Part shown: one piece after another, positions 40,557 through 53,649 of the stretch
Layout of the letters: each line of letters starts with the position of its first letter
Position numbering within the stretch: position 1 is the stretch's first letter
Made by a program: the position numbers and the translations under genes
Source of the DNA: Sphagnum compactum
Taxonomy: Eukaryota
Reading direction: 5' to 3'
DNA length: 64,000 nt
Assembly: GCA_965153455.1 (NCBI GenBank)
Contig: OZ234493.1
Coordinates: 32,664,213-32,728,212 of the forward strand
The notes under the pieces: model-generated
Database searches by the model: none
What the model saw: only the letters and a program-made list of their open reading frames with translations
What the model was told of the DNA's origin: nothing

Positions 40557-42105
40557 CTTTCTTTTTGTTTTTCTATTGCACAAGGAAGAGAAGGAGTTCA
40601 AGTAACTATGTAGTTGGTTGAAACTTGGAGCTTGTTATCTTTAAGCGAGTAAGTTCACAAAGTTCCGCATCGTCATTTGATGCACATGGTTTTATGCGCA
40701 TTGTTAGTGTTTGTTCCCTATCATTGTTGCATGTTATGTGTGTGTTTTTACATGAATAATCAATGTGTTTCCCTTGTTCCATGTCATCATTATTTATTAG
40801 GTAGGGAGGAGGAGGAAGCTTCAAGGTGTTCATCAACTTCATTTTCATCATCTTCAATTACATTATATGTCTTTTGTTTAAACTATAAAATTAAATGGTA
40901 TCATTCAACAAGTTGATGGCACTATGTAGTTTTAATTCTATTGATAATGTGCACAAGGTAATTTTAATCAAACAATATTATACTTCATCGTCAATTAGTT
41001 GTCGTGATCTTATGATTATGTTTGTCGTTTAAATGACGTTTCCAAATTTCTTGTATTTTATTACATTCCTTGTTTTTGCCAAGTCAATGCAATAACTATA
41101 TTTTGTATCCATATGTACATATAACAATAAGAGTTCCTTCAATTGGTCAAATCTGCGAAGAAGAAAAAAATGATTTGTAGTTTTTGATATTGAAAAAAAT
41201 CCAATGCATGTTTATTAAAATTTATTTTCAATGTTGGTAAGTAGTGCTTACAAGCCATCTATCTATCGGTGGCTACTTGCCATTAGTGTCCAATTGTCTC
41301 TCATGCTTGTGGGTATGTTTAGATTTTTTTAAAACTCCATATATGTTTATATGTCCCCACTAATAATTGATTTTTTATTTTTTGGGCATTGCGTGAACCT
41401 ACACTTACACATGTATGACCATGGTAGAAACTAAAAACTAGAATTATCTATTACATTACATGCTAAATCTACCTTTCTCCATTTTAAAATAGTTTTAAAA
41501 TAATTATTTAAGGATGGTACTTGTATTTAAATGTTTTCCATGTGGTGGTCCCCCAACTTTATGGGTGTTATAAAAACACATAACAATGTGTAGGATGACA
41601 ACTTGGATTTTGCTTTGATATTTATTTTGGATTAATTGATTGATTGGATAATTATATGTACCTTGATCATTTTGTAGGTTGGTCAATGGTAATGTGAAGA
41701 TTTTGGTTCACTTTATGTGGACATCAATTTTCCCATCAATGACTTATGTAGTAGGAGGAGGATAAACATGCAAAAAGAAATAACATCCACTAGAAAAAAA
41801 GAAAGTAAACCTCAATTGCAAGACCCCAAGATGTATAGATCATGTTGTTGCCAAACATTTCCTTGGCCATAATTCTTGTGGATGTTGGAAGAAAATAATT
41901 ACCAAAATCCGCAGCCTCTAGTGGTATTTTAGGTGGAGTTAGTAAATTTTTCCCCATGGTTTTAACAATTGAGAAATGATAGCAAATCAAATTACTGATG
42001 AACACATGAAGGTACCATTTAAGCTAAGAAAGGAATATAAGTAGTGGCAATTGTTGGATGTCATCTTTCTTGTAATCTTCTTTAGGTGAACAATGTAGAC
42101 ATGTG

Positions 42106-43505
42106 GCATGTAGACACATGGTATAAAGGCTAAAAACCCAATTTATATGTTAGGAATGTAGGCCTTAACCTACCTAGGAATGAATGCTCTAGCCTACCTT
42201 GGAATGTGAGCTAACTTAGTTAACAAAGTAAGTTAGTTAGGCTAGTTCATTAAGTTGCAAGTGTGAGGACTTGAACCTTTCACCTCCACATTGAGAGAAA
42301 AAATCCTTAACCCCCACTTAACCATTACACCACATGATTTTTACATAACAAAAATTGTCACCATATTTTTATAAACATTTTTTAAAACCTATTTTATAAG
42401 CTAGGTACCTAGGTACTTACGTAACAACTTAGAACCTATTTAGTAACCTAGTAGGTACCTAACTTAGTAGGTAATAGGTAAGTAGGACTTAAAGATAACA
42501 ATAAGTAAATAATAGGTAGGATGTATGTACTACTTACTTAATAGGTAGGTAAGTAGGTAGGTAGGTGTTTAGTAGTAGGCACATATATGTGCTACCTATC
42601 TAATATGTAGGTAAGTACGTACCTAATAGTAAATAATAGGTAGTTAGGTAGGTATGTATGACCTACCTAGTAGGTAGGTAAGTAGGTAGGTAGGTGCTTA
42701 GTAGGTGGTACATATATGTACTACCCATCTAGTATGTAGGGAGGTAGGTACTTAATAGTAAATAGTAGGTAGTTAGGTAGGTATGTACGACCTACCTAGT
42801 AGGTAGGTAAGTAGGTGCCTAGTAATCGAGGTACATTTGTAATAACAATATAATAGGTAGGTAGGTACATACTACCTATTTAGTAAGTAGGTAAGTAAGT
42901 ACATACGTACGTACCTAATAATAAATAATAGGTAGGTACACACATATTTACATATGTACTACCTATTAAATAGGTAGATAGGTAGGTAGGTTTTTAATAA
43001 TAGGTAAGTACCTAGTAGTAAGTAGTAGGTAGGTACATATTACCTACCTAGTATGTAGGTAAATAGGTAGGTACACAAACACGTACATACGTACTACTTA
43101 GTAGGTAGGTAGGAACCTAGTAGTAAATACATAATAAGTAATTATGTAGGTATGTACTACCTATATTTAATAGGCAGGTATGTAGGTACGTATGTATTAC
43201 ATAGTAGGTCGGTAGATAATAGTAGTACTAGTTTATTTAGGTACTAGTTATTTTATAGGTAGTTAATAAATAGTTAGTAGGTAGGCAGTACCTAGTTAAA
43301 CTACTAACATAGGTAGGTTATTAATGTATGTAAGCTAATCATGTAGTTACAAAATAGTTCTAATCTAGTCATGTAGTCATAATGCAATTGCAATGTAGTC
43401 ACAAATTTGAGTAAAAGTATATGACTAACGACATATGACTACATGACTAGATTAGGACATTAGTTGTAAATGTCCAAGTCATGAAAGACACGTTTTGGCA
43501 TTGTG
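42106..43505 (-). repeat. Right arm of the large inverted repeat
   Basis: Ends ...GTCATGAAAGACACGTTTTGGCATTGTG. It is collinear in reverse orientation with 31816-33050 across the non-repetitive blocks; the TAGG portion differs in length. Confidence 0.85.
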
Positions 43506-43619
43506 TTTTGACAAGGTCTTTTTGGTTGGTTTATTTTATTGGGTTTATTTTATTGAACCACCATGACAATAATATAATTTGAGAAGTGACCATAAATATA
43601 TGTTATTTAAAATTAACAT

Positions 43620-44495
43620 GAAAATATTAATTAATTAATTACCTTCCCTACCTTACCCTACCCTACCTACCTACTTAATTAATAAACTTAATAATTAATG
43701 CCAAATTATTTATTTATTTATTTACCCACCAACCCTATGTCTTAGGCCTAGGCTAAGCCACCTAACTTAGCCACTTAGGCTAAACCAAGCCACCTAGGCT
43801 AGGTGGTTTAGTAGGCTTTGCAACCCAGGCTACTTAATTAAATCACCTAAGTAGTCAAAGTAGTCAAGGTTGCAAGTGCGTGGAATTGAATTATTCACCT
43901 CCACAACATTGAGGAATAAAATACTTAACCATTGCACCACCACCCCATAAGCTGATATTTGTGGACAACATAATTGTAATGAACATAATTTTGGACCAAT
44001 ATATTGTAATCAACTTCCATGAATTGTTTTTCAACATATTACATTAAATGAACTTGAATTTTTTTATGTATTACTTACATAAATAGGTAAGTAGGAGGTA
44101 CCTATTAATAAATGCATGCACTTAGGTAACATGTAGGTTATAGTCTACTAGGCCTTATAGGTACCTATTGAGTCTATGCTTATACCTACTTAGTAAGCTA
44201 CTTATGCCTTAGATGTTATTTAGTAGGCTATGTAGGTACCTACTACCTTATTAATAAATCTAACCTAAGCATATTAGGTAGGTAGCCTAACCTATCAGGT
44301 AGGTATAAACTTAAGCTACCTACCCAATAGGTTAGGCTATCTATCTAGTAGACTAGGTAGCCTAGGTTAGGTTACATACCTACTTAATAGGCTTAAATCA
44401 GGTTATATACTTACATAGGTAGCCTATGTTAGGCTACGTACCTACCTTGTAGGCTTAGGTGGCTTAAGCTAAGCTACATACCTAGTAGGTCTAAA
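43620..44495. repeat. TAGG/CCTA-rich low-complexity repeat containing a tRNA-like cassette; similar tracts at 300-800, 34040-34275, 35230-35390 and 63770-64000
   Basis: Dense TAGG/CCTA/TAAG tetramers. Confidence 0.75.
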
Positions 44496-45089
44496 TGGCT
44501 GCAAACTGTTTGGTAAAAGGGGTGCAAGGTGTTTGGAGGGGTCTTTTTTCAAGTGATAGCCCCCCCCCCCCTCCTCCCCCCCCCCAAACTTTGAGTGGGC
44601 ACAAACTTCCTACTCCTTGGACAGATTTGGACGATTTAAACGGCGTTCGATGCGCCCAGTGATGGGCTACAACATTTCATCACGGGCCATGACGATCTGA
44701 GCAAGGACGAAGGAGTGAGGACCATGCCAGCCACTAAGTGTACGGTGGTCGACCTGTCTATCCTACCTAGTGACCCTAAGCCCACTCATAGATAAAAGAG
44801 TAAAAAGTAAAACTGGTTCTCCAAGGGTAAGTTTTTTAAAAAACTCTTCTGCGAGGCCTGAGGCTGAGCTGCATGCAGCCCCTGGCTACAGCGTAACGAC
44901 CTCGCTTTCCGTGGTGGCTATTGTACCCAATAAAGTCGGCGCCGCACAGCCCACATGTGCCCGCCCCCAGGTTAACTGTAAAACGGCTTTGCGGCCTTGG
45001 AAAAGTGCACATCTTTACCAGGGCCCTCCTAGAGCGGCAGTAGGTAGCAGGAAAGGACTACTTAATTCTCAGCAATAAATGACTGTTTC

Positions 45090-45156
45090 TCATTGGCCAA
45101 CTACAATGATTGGCTCAGGTGGTGAGAGTTAAATACTCTCTCTCTCTCCCTCTCCC

Positions 45157-45194
<38 letters not shown>

Positions 45195-45195
45195 C
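45090..45195 (+). promoter_or_regulatory. Putative AARE upstream region: two reverse CCAAT (ATTGG) boxes followed by a CT-rich tract
   Basis: ATTGG at ~45092 and ~45109, and CT tract 45137-45194, about 500 nt upstream of the first ATG. Function is inferred only. Confidence 0.3.
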
Positions 45196-45675
45196 CACTT
45201 TGTACCATCCGTCTTTTCAGGTTCATGGGTGGGGATGGGCCAGAAACTAGACGAAGCTAAACAGTGCACAGTGGACGTGCTAAATAAAATATTCGTAAAG
45301 GGTTGCCGTTGGGATTTTGCACACTAAAAGAATCTGCAGCAGCACCGGTAACCCTAAAAACCTGGAGCACCAGTAATTATCGCAAAGCTTTCTTGTTCCC
45401 TTTTTTCCAAAAGGGAAAAGTGTAAACAACAGAGCAATTTTTTTGTTTTGTTTTATTAGCAGATGCATGCACGAACGAAAGAGAGAAAGAAAGAAAGAAA
45501 GAAAAAAGGAAGGAATGAATGCTGGTCCAGTCAAATCATCGACGAGAGGATAACAGTCTGATCATTCGACGAAGAGTGCACGATACACAAAGAATTTTTT
45601 CTCATCCTCCCAAAAAAATCTACAGCAAAATCTTTCTGGGATTCTTTTTGCTCAAGAGGGAATCAAAGAGCGCAG

Positions 45676-48600
45676 ATGATGGCAGCGCTGCTGTGTTCCC
45701 TTAGCTTGCAGCTCCAGACACTTGCATTGTTTCCAGTGAAACTCATCTCCGGCAGGCAGGGAGGAAGGGGGTTGAAGAAGCTAGATGCAGATAGTCTCGT
45801 CCATTTTGGATACGTTGCTGGCAGCATCATCATCAGGCGGCGTGCTTACAGAGCCCCAGGGTAAGTTGATCCATAAAACAACTGCTTCCTGAGTCGTTCA
45901 AGATTCTCGCTCCCTTTTTCCTCGGAAAAAAACGGTTATGGTCTCATTTCTGCTAGTGGTAAAGTTTCAACAGGATTAACTCCGCTTACCTACTTTGGTA
46001 GACGATTCTGTCTTAATTTTCTCTGAGAAAAACACGTCTTCTTTCTTTCTTCCTTGTTCACATCCGCAATGGTCTTGAGATGGAAGTCCACTGGAGAATT
46101 TAAGATGAAAAAGTCCATGTTTAAATCTTCCTCTTTTAGTTTCTATCTTCTCCAAGGTCTACTGTCTGATTCTTGAAAATATTTTTTTGTGAAGATGTGG
46201 CATGTCTTGTGTGCAATCAGCCCGCCCTTCTAGGAGGCCCTCGCTTAGTAGTATACAATCTGGGGTAGTTAATGCACAGTGGCGACTAGCCACAAAGCTG
46301 TGGCCATTTATCAAACAGGTTTTGCAGTGTTGCAAAGCTCAAGAAATGCCAACTTCAACAATTGTCATGTTGCCCATTAAAGGGAACATAAAAGTTATCA
46401 TGTTGCATTGCTGCTTGGTGGGTGATAGTGAAAACCTTGGGACTTCGTTCCAGCCATTTGCTTGTACGGCTCTCTCTGGTTGTTCCTTCTGCTTTATGGC
46501 TCATTTCAAGGTTGCCATGGTTGCAGATTATTATGTGTGAGGCCTTGAGATCCACAGACGTGCTGAATTATTCTGTGAGGATGGGCGGACTAAATCTGAG
46601 TGAGTTATATTAACATTGGCAAATGGCAGTGGTTTGCTGAGGAGGAGGGAAACAATCTCATCCTTTTGCAGAAGTGAAATGGATCAAGCATCAGGGAAGA
46701 GTGTATCAGCTACTACATGTGGCAAAGGGGATGCAAATGATGCAAAAGAGGCTGAATTGCTTCAATCCTTTTATGCCATCCCCAGTATTGATAAAGCATG
46801 GACAAGTTCCTCCCGCAAAGGTCAGTCATCTATTATTGTGGTTCATTTCCATAGATGTAAAAGTAGAGGCTTCAAACTGGCTAGTCTCCATTCAAGTATC
46901 TTTTCATTAGGCAGTTTGCATTAGTTATTGATGTTTTTGTTATTGTGCATTGTTCTTGAGTGAATTCAAAATAGTTATGCTCAATACCTTTGTACCAGGG
47001 AATGGTGGAATTGATGTGGTGGTGGCAATGAGCCAGCTTAACCTTCCAGCAAATGCCAAGCGCACATTCATGTCCACAGTTTATATTCCAGATCCAAGTG
47101 CTAACATGTCAGACTACCATTGGTCACCCTTTCCTTTTGAGCTCAGTGGGGCATCACTTATAGTCCCTTCCCCTTCTGGTACAAAGCTGCTAGTAGTCAG
47201 GAAGTCTGATGTTGAATCCAAAGATGGAGCTTCTTCAGTCAAGCTAGAGATTTGGGGTCCTGGCCAACTTCTTAAAGACATATATGTTCCAGCCTCAAAG
47301 CATGGCTCCATTTATGCTGATGGATGGTATGTTGAAGCTCACAATGATCATGCTTGAAGATTTAGGGGGGTTGGGGTGTTGTTTCTATTATCGTGAAATT
47401 GTGGTATCTGTCCATGTAACCACTGTGAGTAAGCACATATTTCTCTGTGGACTTGAAATTTGTGATCCGGCCATTCTTTGGCCTCATAGTAGCATCAGGT
47501 TCAGAATTGCTTTCTAGATAATGCTTCACGTCTCATCTTTGGAGACCACTCACTAATTTTAAGTCTTGAGGCGTGGGAGCTCAAAACCAATATCCTAAGT
47601 CTTTCTATGTTATTTCATCAAGCTCATGTGTTGTTGAAGGTAAGTTTGAAACATTTTTTTTCAACTTTTCACAGGTTTGAAGGTGTTTCATGGAGTCAAG
47701 ATGAATCTTTCATTGCATATGTTGCAGAAGAGCCTGCAAACACACGGCCTGTGTATGGACAGTCTGTGTCTTCATGTGCTGGACAAAGTAGCAGTGATAG
47801 TCTTGAATCAGGAAGTTGGAGGGGCCAAGGGGATTGGCTGGAGGACTGGGGTGAATCCTATTCAGGGAAGAGAAGACCAGTGCTCTTTGTTGTCAACATT
47901 GCGAGGTATTGCATAGTGCAACTGTACCTGAGGATTCTGGATGCATAAAAATATGGAAAGCTTTCCAATTTACTTGACCTTCACAGATTAATGATAGACA
48001 ACAAGCTTTATGACCAAAGCAGTGGTGACTTTGCATGCAAAGCCTTCCACCCAATGGGATTTTCTCATTGATGAATTATGTTACACAGTTTAGGATTGTT
48101 GCACTATAAAATATGTTGTGTTAACTAGTGCAATTTATGGTCAGTTGGTGCTTAACTGAACTCACATTCTAAGCATCATCTGCATTCAGGTTGGAAAGCT
48201 TTGAAGAAAGATTTCATGAGGAAATTGTCTTATGCGAGCTTAGTGCTCAGTGGGGCTGTGCAGATTGTGGAAGGCATCCCCAAGGATATTAGTGCTGGTC
48301 AAGTGGTTTGGGCACCTCATCCGGATATGCCTCCCTCAGATACTGGAGGAAAACAACTCCTGGTGTTTGTGGGCTGGTCTTCTTTTGCTGGCAACTTTAG
48401 CACCCCCCGGAAATTGGGAATGAAATATTGCTACAACAGGCCTTGCTCATTGTATTACGTTGAAGCTCCAGTGCCTGGAAGGTGAAGAGCTTGCAGTCAT
48501 CCTCAGAACATGTGTAAAATGAACCTTTTATCATGTTCCCAATGCTTTCTCTGAGCACAAACATGAGGCCTGCTAACTTGAGGTGATAACTTGGTCACTG

Positions 48601-51600
48601 TGGTGGTCTACAATCAGCATGAAGCTGATAGCTTAGTGGCTAGGATTCATGGCCACCTTACAAGTGTTTATTGAGGTTCATTTCACTTCCTAGTCATGCT
48701 AGATATTACTCTTGGCAGCCAAACCAGCTATAATTGTTGTCAGTGGGTAAATTGGGGTGCTCAAACTGTGGGTATCTGATGTCCTTGTGGAAGAATAGGC
48801 AATCAGGTTGCCCCCCTGTTCAGTGGACAGAAAGTTTCCACCTTCCAAAGGGATTCAAAGGATGAAGAGACACTCAGTCAGTCTCGATTTGTAGACTTAT
48901 TGTTGTTCTTCTTTCTCCACAGTCTGCTGTCATCCTATGTTGTTCTGGTTGGGACAATCTTTGACTTTACATACTTACCATAGGGTGTCAGAACATTGTC
49001 ACAGCCATTACTTCAATTATCAACAGCTTGGAGAGTCTTGATATCCAGCTACTTATGTATTCCTTGTGATTGCAGTGAAACATCAAAACCAGCAGCAGTG
49101 GCAACAAAGCTAACAGCAGATATCAGCAGTGCAATCTCCCCTCGTTTCAGGTTACTTCCATCTAGGTCACACATATATGTATGTGGTGGTCATCAGCAGA
49201 TCATTGTTCCATGTGGAACCATGTATGAGGACTGCAGTCATGTGGAAATCCATTGTGTTTTGTTGTGAAAGGACTTCACCTGTAGGAGCCAAAATTACCT
49301 TGTCATGCTTGTAGGACCTTCTAACAGGCCATTGCCTTGTCGTGGTTGTTTGGTGTATGTTTGCAGTCCAGATGGGAAGTTGCTTGTGTTTTTGTCTTCC
49401 CAAGCAGCTGTCGATAGTGGTGCTCACAGTGCAACCAACTCCCTTCATTCCATTGAGTGGCCAGCAAATGGGTCATTGGGGCCTCACATGCAAATTAGAG
49501 ATGTGGTATGCATGCATGTGACTATTGTGTCTGATGTTTATTGGGGGCCTAGAATGTTGCATGTAGGATATTCTAAGCTTGTTGGAGGTCAGTTATGAAT
49601 GTGGTATGCAACCAACTCTCTTCATTCCATGGGTTGGTCAACAATAAGGGTCATTGGGGGTCTCACACACAAATTAGAGATGTGGTCTGCATGCATGTCA
49701 CTATTGTGTCTAATGGTTATCGGGGGCCTAGAATGTTGCATATAGGATGTTCAAAACTTGTGGGAGGTCAATAACTTACAATGCAAGTTACTACAAGCAT
49801 CTGCTGAAAATGGATGGGACTTCTAAATTTGGTGCTTGATGCGGCAGGTTCCAGTTGTACAGCATGCTGAAGAAGGTGGCTTCCCAGGCCTCTATTGTTC
49901 CAACCTCATTAGCAATCCTTGGTTGCCTGACAATTGTACACTATTGCTATCTTCAGCTTGGCGGAGTCAGCAGGTCATTCTTGGTGTAAACATTTTAAGG
50001 TGCTTTTGTCTCCAGCATGGCTAAGTTTTTGACAATTACAATCACATTGATTACAGATCTTTCACTTTTCTTTTTGCTGTGCTTGTGAAACTGTGTATTC
50101 TGTTATGCTGTCATGTTATGAGTTCATGTAGACATGACTTCTCTAATACCACTTGTGTTTGGCATGGCATGCAGTGGGGATGTCATGAGGGTCAGTCCTG
50201 CTGATTCACAAGCTTCTTGGAACCTTCTGGGCTTGCAAAATAGGTGTACTATTGCAGGTACTGTGACTGTAGCTTCTTCCATGGTGAGGGGCTACGTTTT
50301 AGCTCTTTTGATGAATGGATACAAAAGTGCTCGAAGTAATGTAATGTTGTTATCCTCTTCATGATGTATTTGTAATCTGAATGGATTGCACCCCTGTTCC
50401 AAGAGGTGGTGTTATATTCTACATACATTTTATATAGTTTCTTCTACTTGCTAGATCAAATAGGCAAAGGAAATTCTTATAAGGGGAACTCAATTCATAA
50501 TGTTGCAGCTTTATTTTGTTTTGTGTTGTGGGTGATTCTCATGCAGTTGTAAGCTCCCCAACGAAGCCACACAGTTTGAAGCTAGGCCATCTCATACCAC
50601 CTAGCAGTCCGGTCAAGACTGGAAAAGAATGGAGCTGGTTTAACATATCCGTTCCTTCACTGAAGTATGCAGAGAAGGTAATTGCACCTCTTGTGCAGAG
50701 TTTTGGTAAGAAGCAGACTATTGTTTATGAGTCTGCTACAAAATGAAGGGTCCATTCGATATCCATGCATTGTTTTGAATGAACCAGGTTCATATAGTTG
50801 CTGTTGTTGATGGGAAAAATTCTAGTTGCTGACACTTATAGATGGGTCTCAACTACTTCGTGTTATGTTTGCAGGTTGAAACATCAATGTCATCCTTGCA
50901 ATATGAAGTCTTGCAAATCCCTGTACCTGTCACAGAGACTCACAAAAATCTCTCTGAAGGTAGGGTAGTATGGACTCTACACACCTCGGTATTCTGAGAG
51001 TGACTGGTTTAGTGCAACAACCATTGGTCTCTGGCTTGTTTCCACTTTTGTATTTCATGCCTTCAGTAGGATCTTTTAGATTTGGTCTACTTAAATTTAC
51101 CAAGTGATCTAGGGTCCAGTATCTTGTCTTGAATTTTCTATTAACATTGCTTTTGACATATTCAGGTGCCAAGCAACCATTTGAGGCCATATTTGTTTCT
51201 CCAAAGGCTTCAAACAACAAACCTTCAGCTGGAGAGACAAAGAGTCCTGATGACATCCCTCCCCTTGTGTTGGTTTTGCATGGCGGCCCACATGCTGTAA
51301 CACAGACAAGCTTTTCAAGAACAGCTGCATTCCTGTCAGCCTTGGGCTTCAATCTCCTCCATGTCAATTACAGGTACTTAGAACAGCATGCAACTATGTT
51401 CATGCTAATGCTAATAGACATGAAATTGGGGACATTATCCACCTGAACTTGTGCTCCTGTTGTTCAATAAACGAATTGTCGGATTCTTTCTTTTGGTGGA
51501 TTGGAATGGGGAAATTTGCAGGCATTTAGCAATGTCAAGGATTGGTCATTAATGTGCTAAGGCATGGCTGTCTAGTGAACCTTTGGTAGTAACCTAGCTC

Positions 51601-53649
51601 TGAATGCTTGGACAATCATGTAAAAGTTTGATTCAAGAGGGGTTCCTGTAACATTTGACAGAGGCTCATTAGGATTTGGAGAAGAAGCACTGCAATCTCT
51701 CCCAGGCAATGTAGGTCATCAGGTAAGATGAGTATCAGCACAGTTCTTCTCCCTCTAGGTGTTTTGTAAAACATGTTGTTGCCAATGGCACTTTGTGTTC
51801 ATGGGCTTTGCTGTTGTTGATAGAAGGCCACACCTTGGCCTACTATTGTATGTCTGCATTGGTTTGGAGGGCATCCATGACGAGTTTCCAACATGAGAGT
51901 GCAAAAGCAGACCATGTTCTAGGCTCCAAGACCCAAATGAAGAATCCAAGACAGATTATGAAACTACTGTTGCTCTATTGAAGAGGGAAAATCTGGAAAT
52001 AGCAGTCGAGCCATATTTGCTTTCATGTTTATTTTGTGCAGGATGTTGGTGACGTTCTTACTGCCCTTGACCATGTCATTGAGAATGGTTTGGCAAATCC
52101 AGCCAAGGTTGCAGTCATAGGTGGTTCACATGGGGGCTTTTTAACATCTCATCTCATTGGCCAGGTAAAGGCTGTTATACCATCCACTTATGACCATTTA
52201 TCCCTATCAGTTTGAGCATCTTTCTGTCCCAGCAGCTACAGTTGCCATTTTTTGTGCTGAATTTGGCCTGAAATGCCAATAGTTCAGACAGCCAATTTTC
52301 ACCAATTATTCTAAGCAAGCATTATGTTACTGCATTCAAATTAGCACTGGGAGGAAAAGGAATGTTGAATTTCATGAGATAATACTTTCATCAATCAGAT
52401 GTTCACTACAGTGTTGGGGGCCTATGCTTAGGCACCTGACAGGTTCACTACAGGTGTACTAAGAAATCCCGTGTGCAATGTATCATCAATGGTTGGCATC
52501 ACCGACATCCCTGACTGGTGTTATGTTGAAGCGTTTGGCAAGGGGGGATTGAATTCCTACTCAGAGGCACCCTCTGCACAGGACCTAAATGTGCTCTATC
52601 GATGCTCACCAATCTCTCATCTTTCCAAGGTATTCAGCCATCCTAACTTGAAAATAACATAGAAATTTTGGGGGATTTTTAAATTTCCATTCAGGTTTGA
52701 AAAAGTTGAGGAGTCCTTAGTTGGTTGTGTTGTGTATTGGAGGTAGAGTTCATGTTTCAACATGGAGTTGCTAGAAAAAGGTAGAAAAAAGCTGGACCCT
52801 CTTATGAAAATGTGAGCACCATTCGACAATCATAATTTGCCTTTTCAATGGTCATTGTGGCACCAACCATGAACAGTCATTCTTGGATTGAAGATGTTTG
52901 GTGGAGATATCTCCTGGCTAATTTTAGGGTGTGGCTATATGCAGGTGAAGGTACCAACATTGTTCTTGCTTGGGGCACAAGACCGTAGAGTGCCAGTCTC
53001 CAATGGTTTCCAAGTAAGCTGGCCACATCATTTTTGCAATTGTTTGATCACCTGGTGTTCACCTAATTGGGGAACTACACCTCTTAATTGAAAAAATATT
53101 ATCTGTACCAAGCAGGAATTCCACTCAATTTGAGCACTATGATAGCACTTATTTTTAGGGCTTGTAGTCTGCTTTTGGAGTCTTGTTTAGATTTGATCCT
53201 CAGGTTTCTCACCAATGAATAACAATCGCTAATGATGACTGTTTGGGGTATCGTTGCAACAGTACGTGCAAGCATTGCGGGCATCTGGATTGGAAGTAAA
53301 GGTCATCCTCTTCCCAGAAGATGTGCATGCCATAGACAGGTACACCTTTCAATGCACTAGGTGTTTTCCTAGAACAAGATGCCAACACCACAAATTAGAA
53401 CACATAGAATTAGAATTGTAAATTTCATCAATTGGCATTGTGATAGGTGGGGGAGGCCTGAGAGTTTGTGATCCTTTTGTACCCTCACCAAGTTTTCTTA
53501 GAAGGTCTGTGTCCCAAACTTCATGATTGGTGGATCTTGTCTGTGCAAAGAAATGTTTAACAATGAATGTAAGATGGTATTGCAGGCCTCAATCTGAGTT
53601 TGAAGCCTTTCTCAACACTGGGACATGGTTGAAGCGGTTTTTGCAGTGA
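45676..53649 (+). CDS. AARE: Acylamino-acid-releasing enzyme (acylpeptide hydrolase, peptidase S9C); exons 45676-45860, 46672-46820, 46999-47326, 47675-47905, 48251-48481, 49076-49150, 49367-49505, 49848-49999, 50175-50257, 50547-50677, 50875-50959, 51166-51373, 51662-51722, 52042-52164, 52432-52629, 52945-53013, 53263-53339, 53586-53649
   Basis: Motifs IPSIDKAW, EDWGE, LGMKYCYNRP, PRFSPDG, LHGGPH, VNYRGSLGFGEE, catalytic Ser in GGSHGG, RNPVC, TDIPDWC, Asp in QDRRVP and His in FPEDVH. The 18 exons join in frame (2589 nt). Exon 1 is less certain than the core, which could start at ATG 46679 (~798 aa). Confidence 0.93.
49607..49771 (+). repeat. Tandem duplicate of the end of AARE exon 7 plus the start of intron 7 (source 49430-49592)
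   Basis: TGCAACCAACTC.CTTCATTCCAT...CAAATTAGAGATGTGGT.TGCATGCATGT.ACTATTGTGTCT...GGGGGCCTAGAATGTTGCAT...GGAGGTCA is present twice. Confidence 0.9.
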
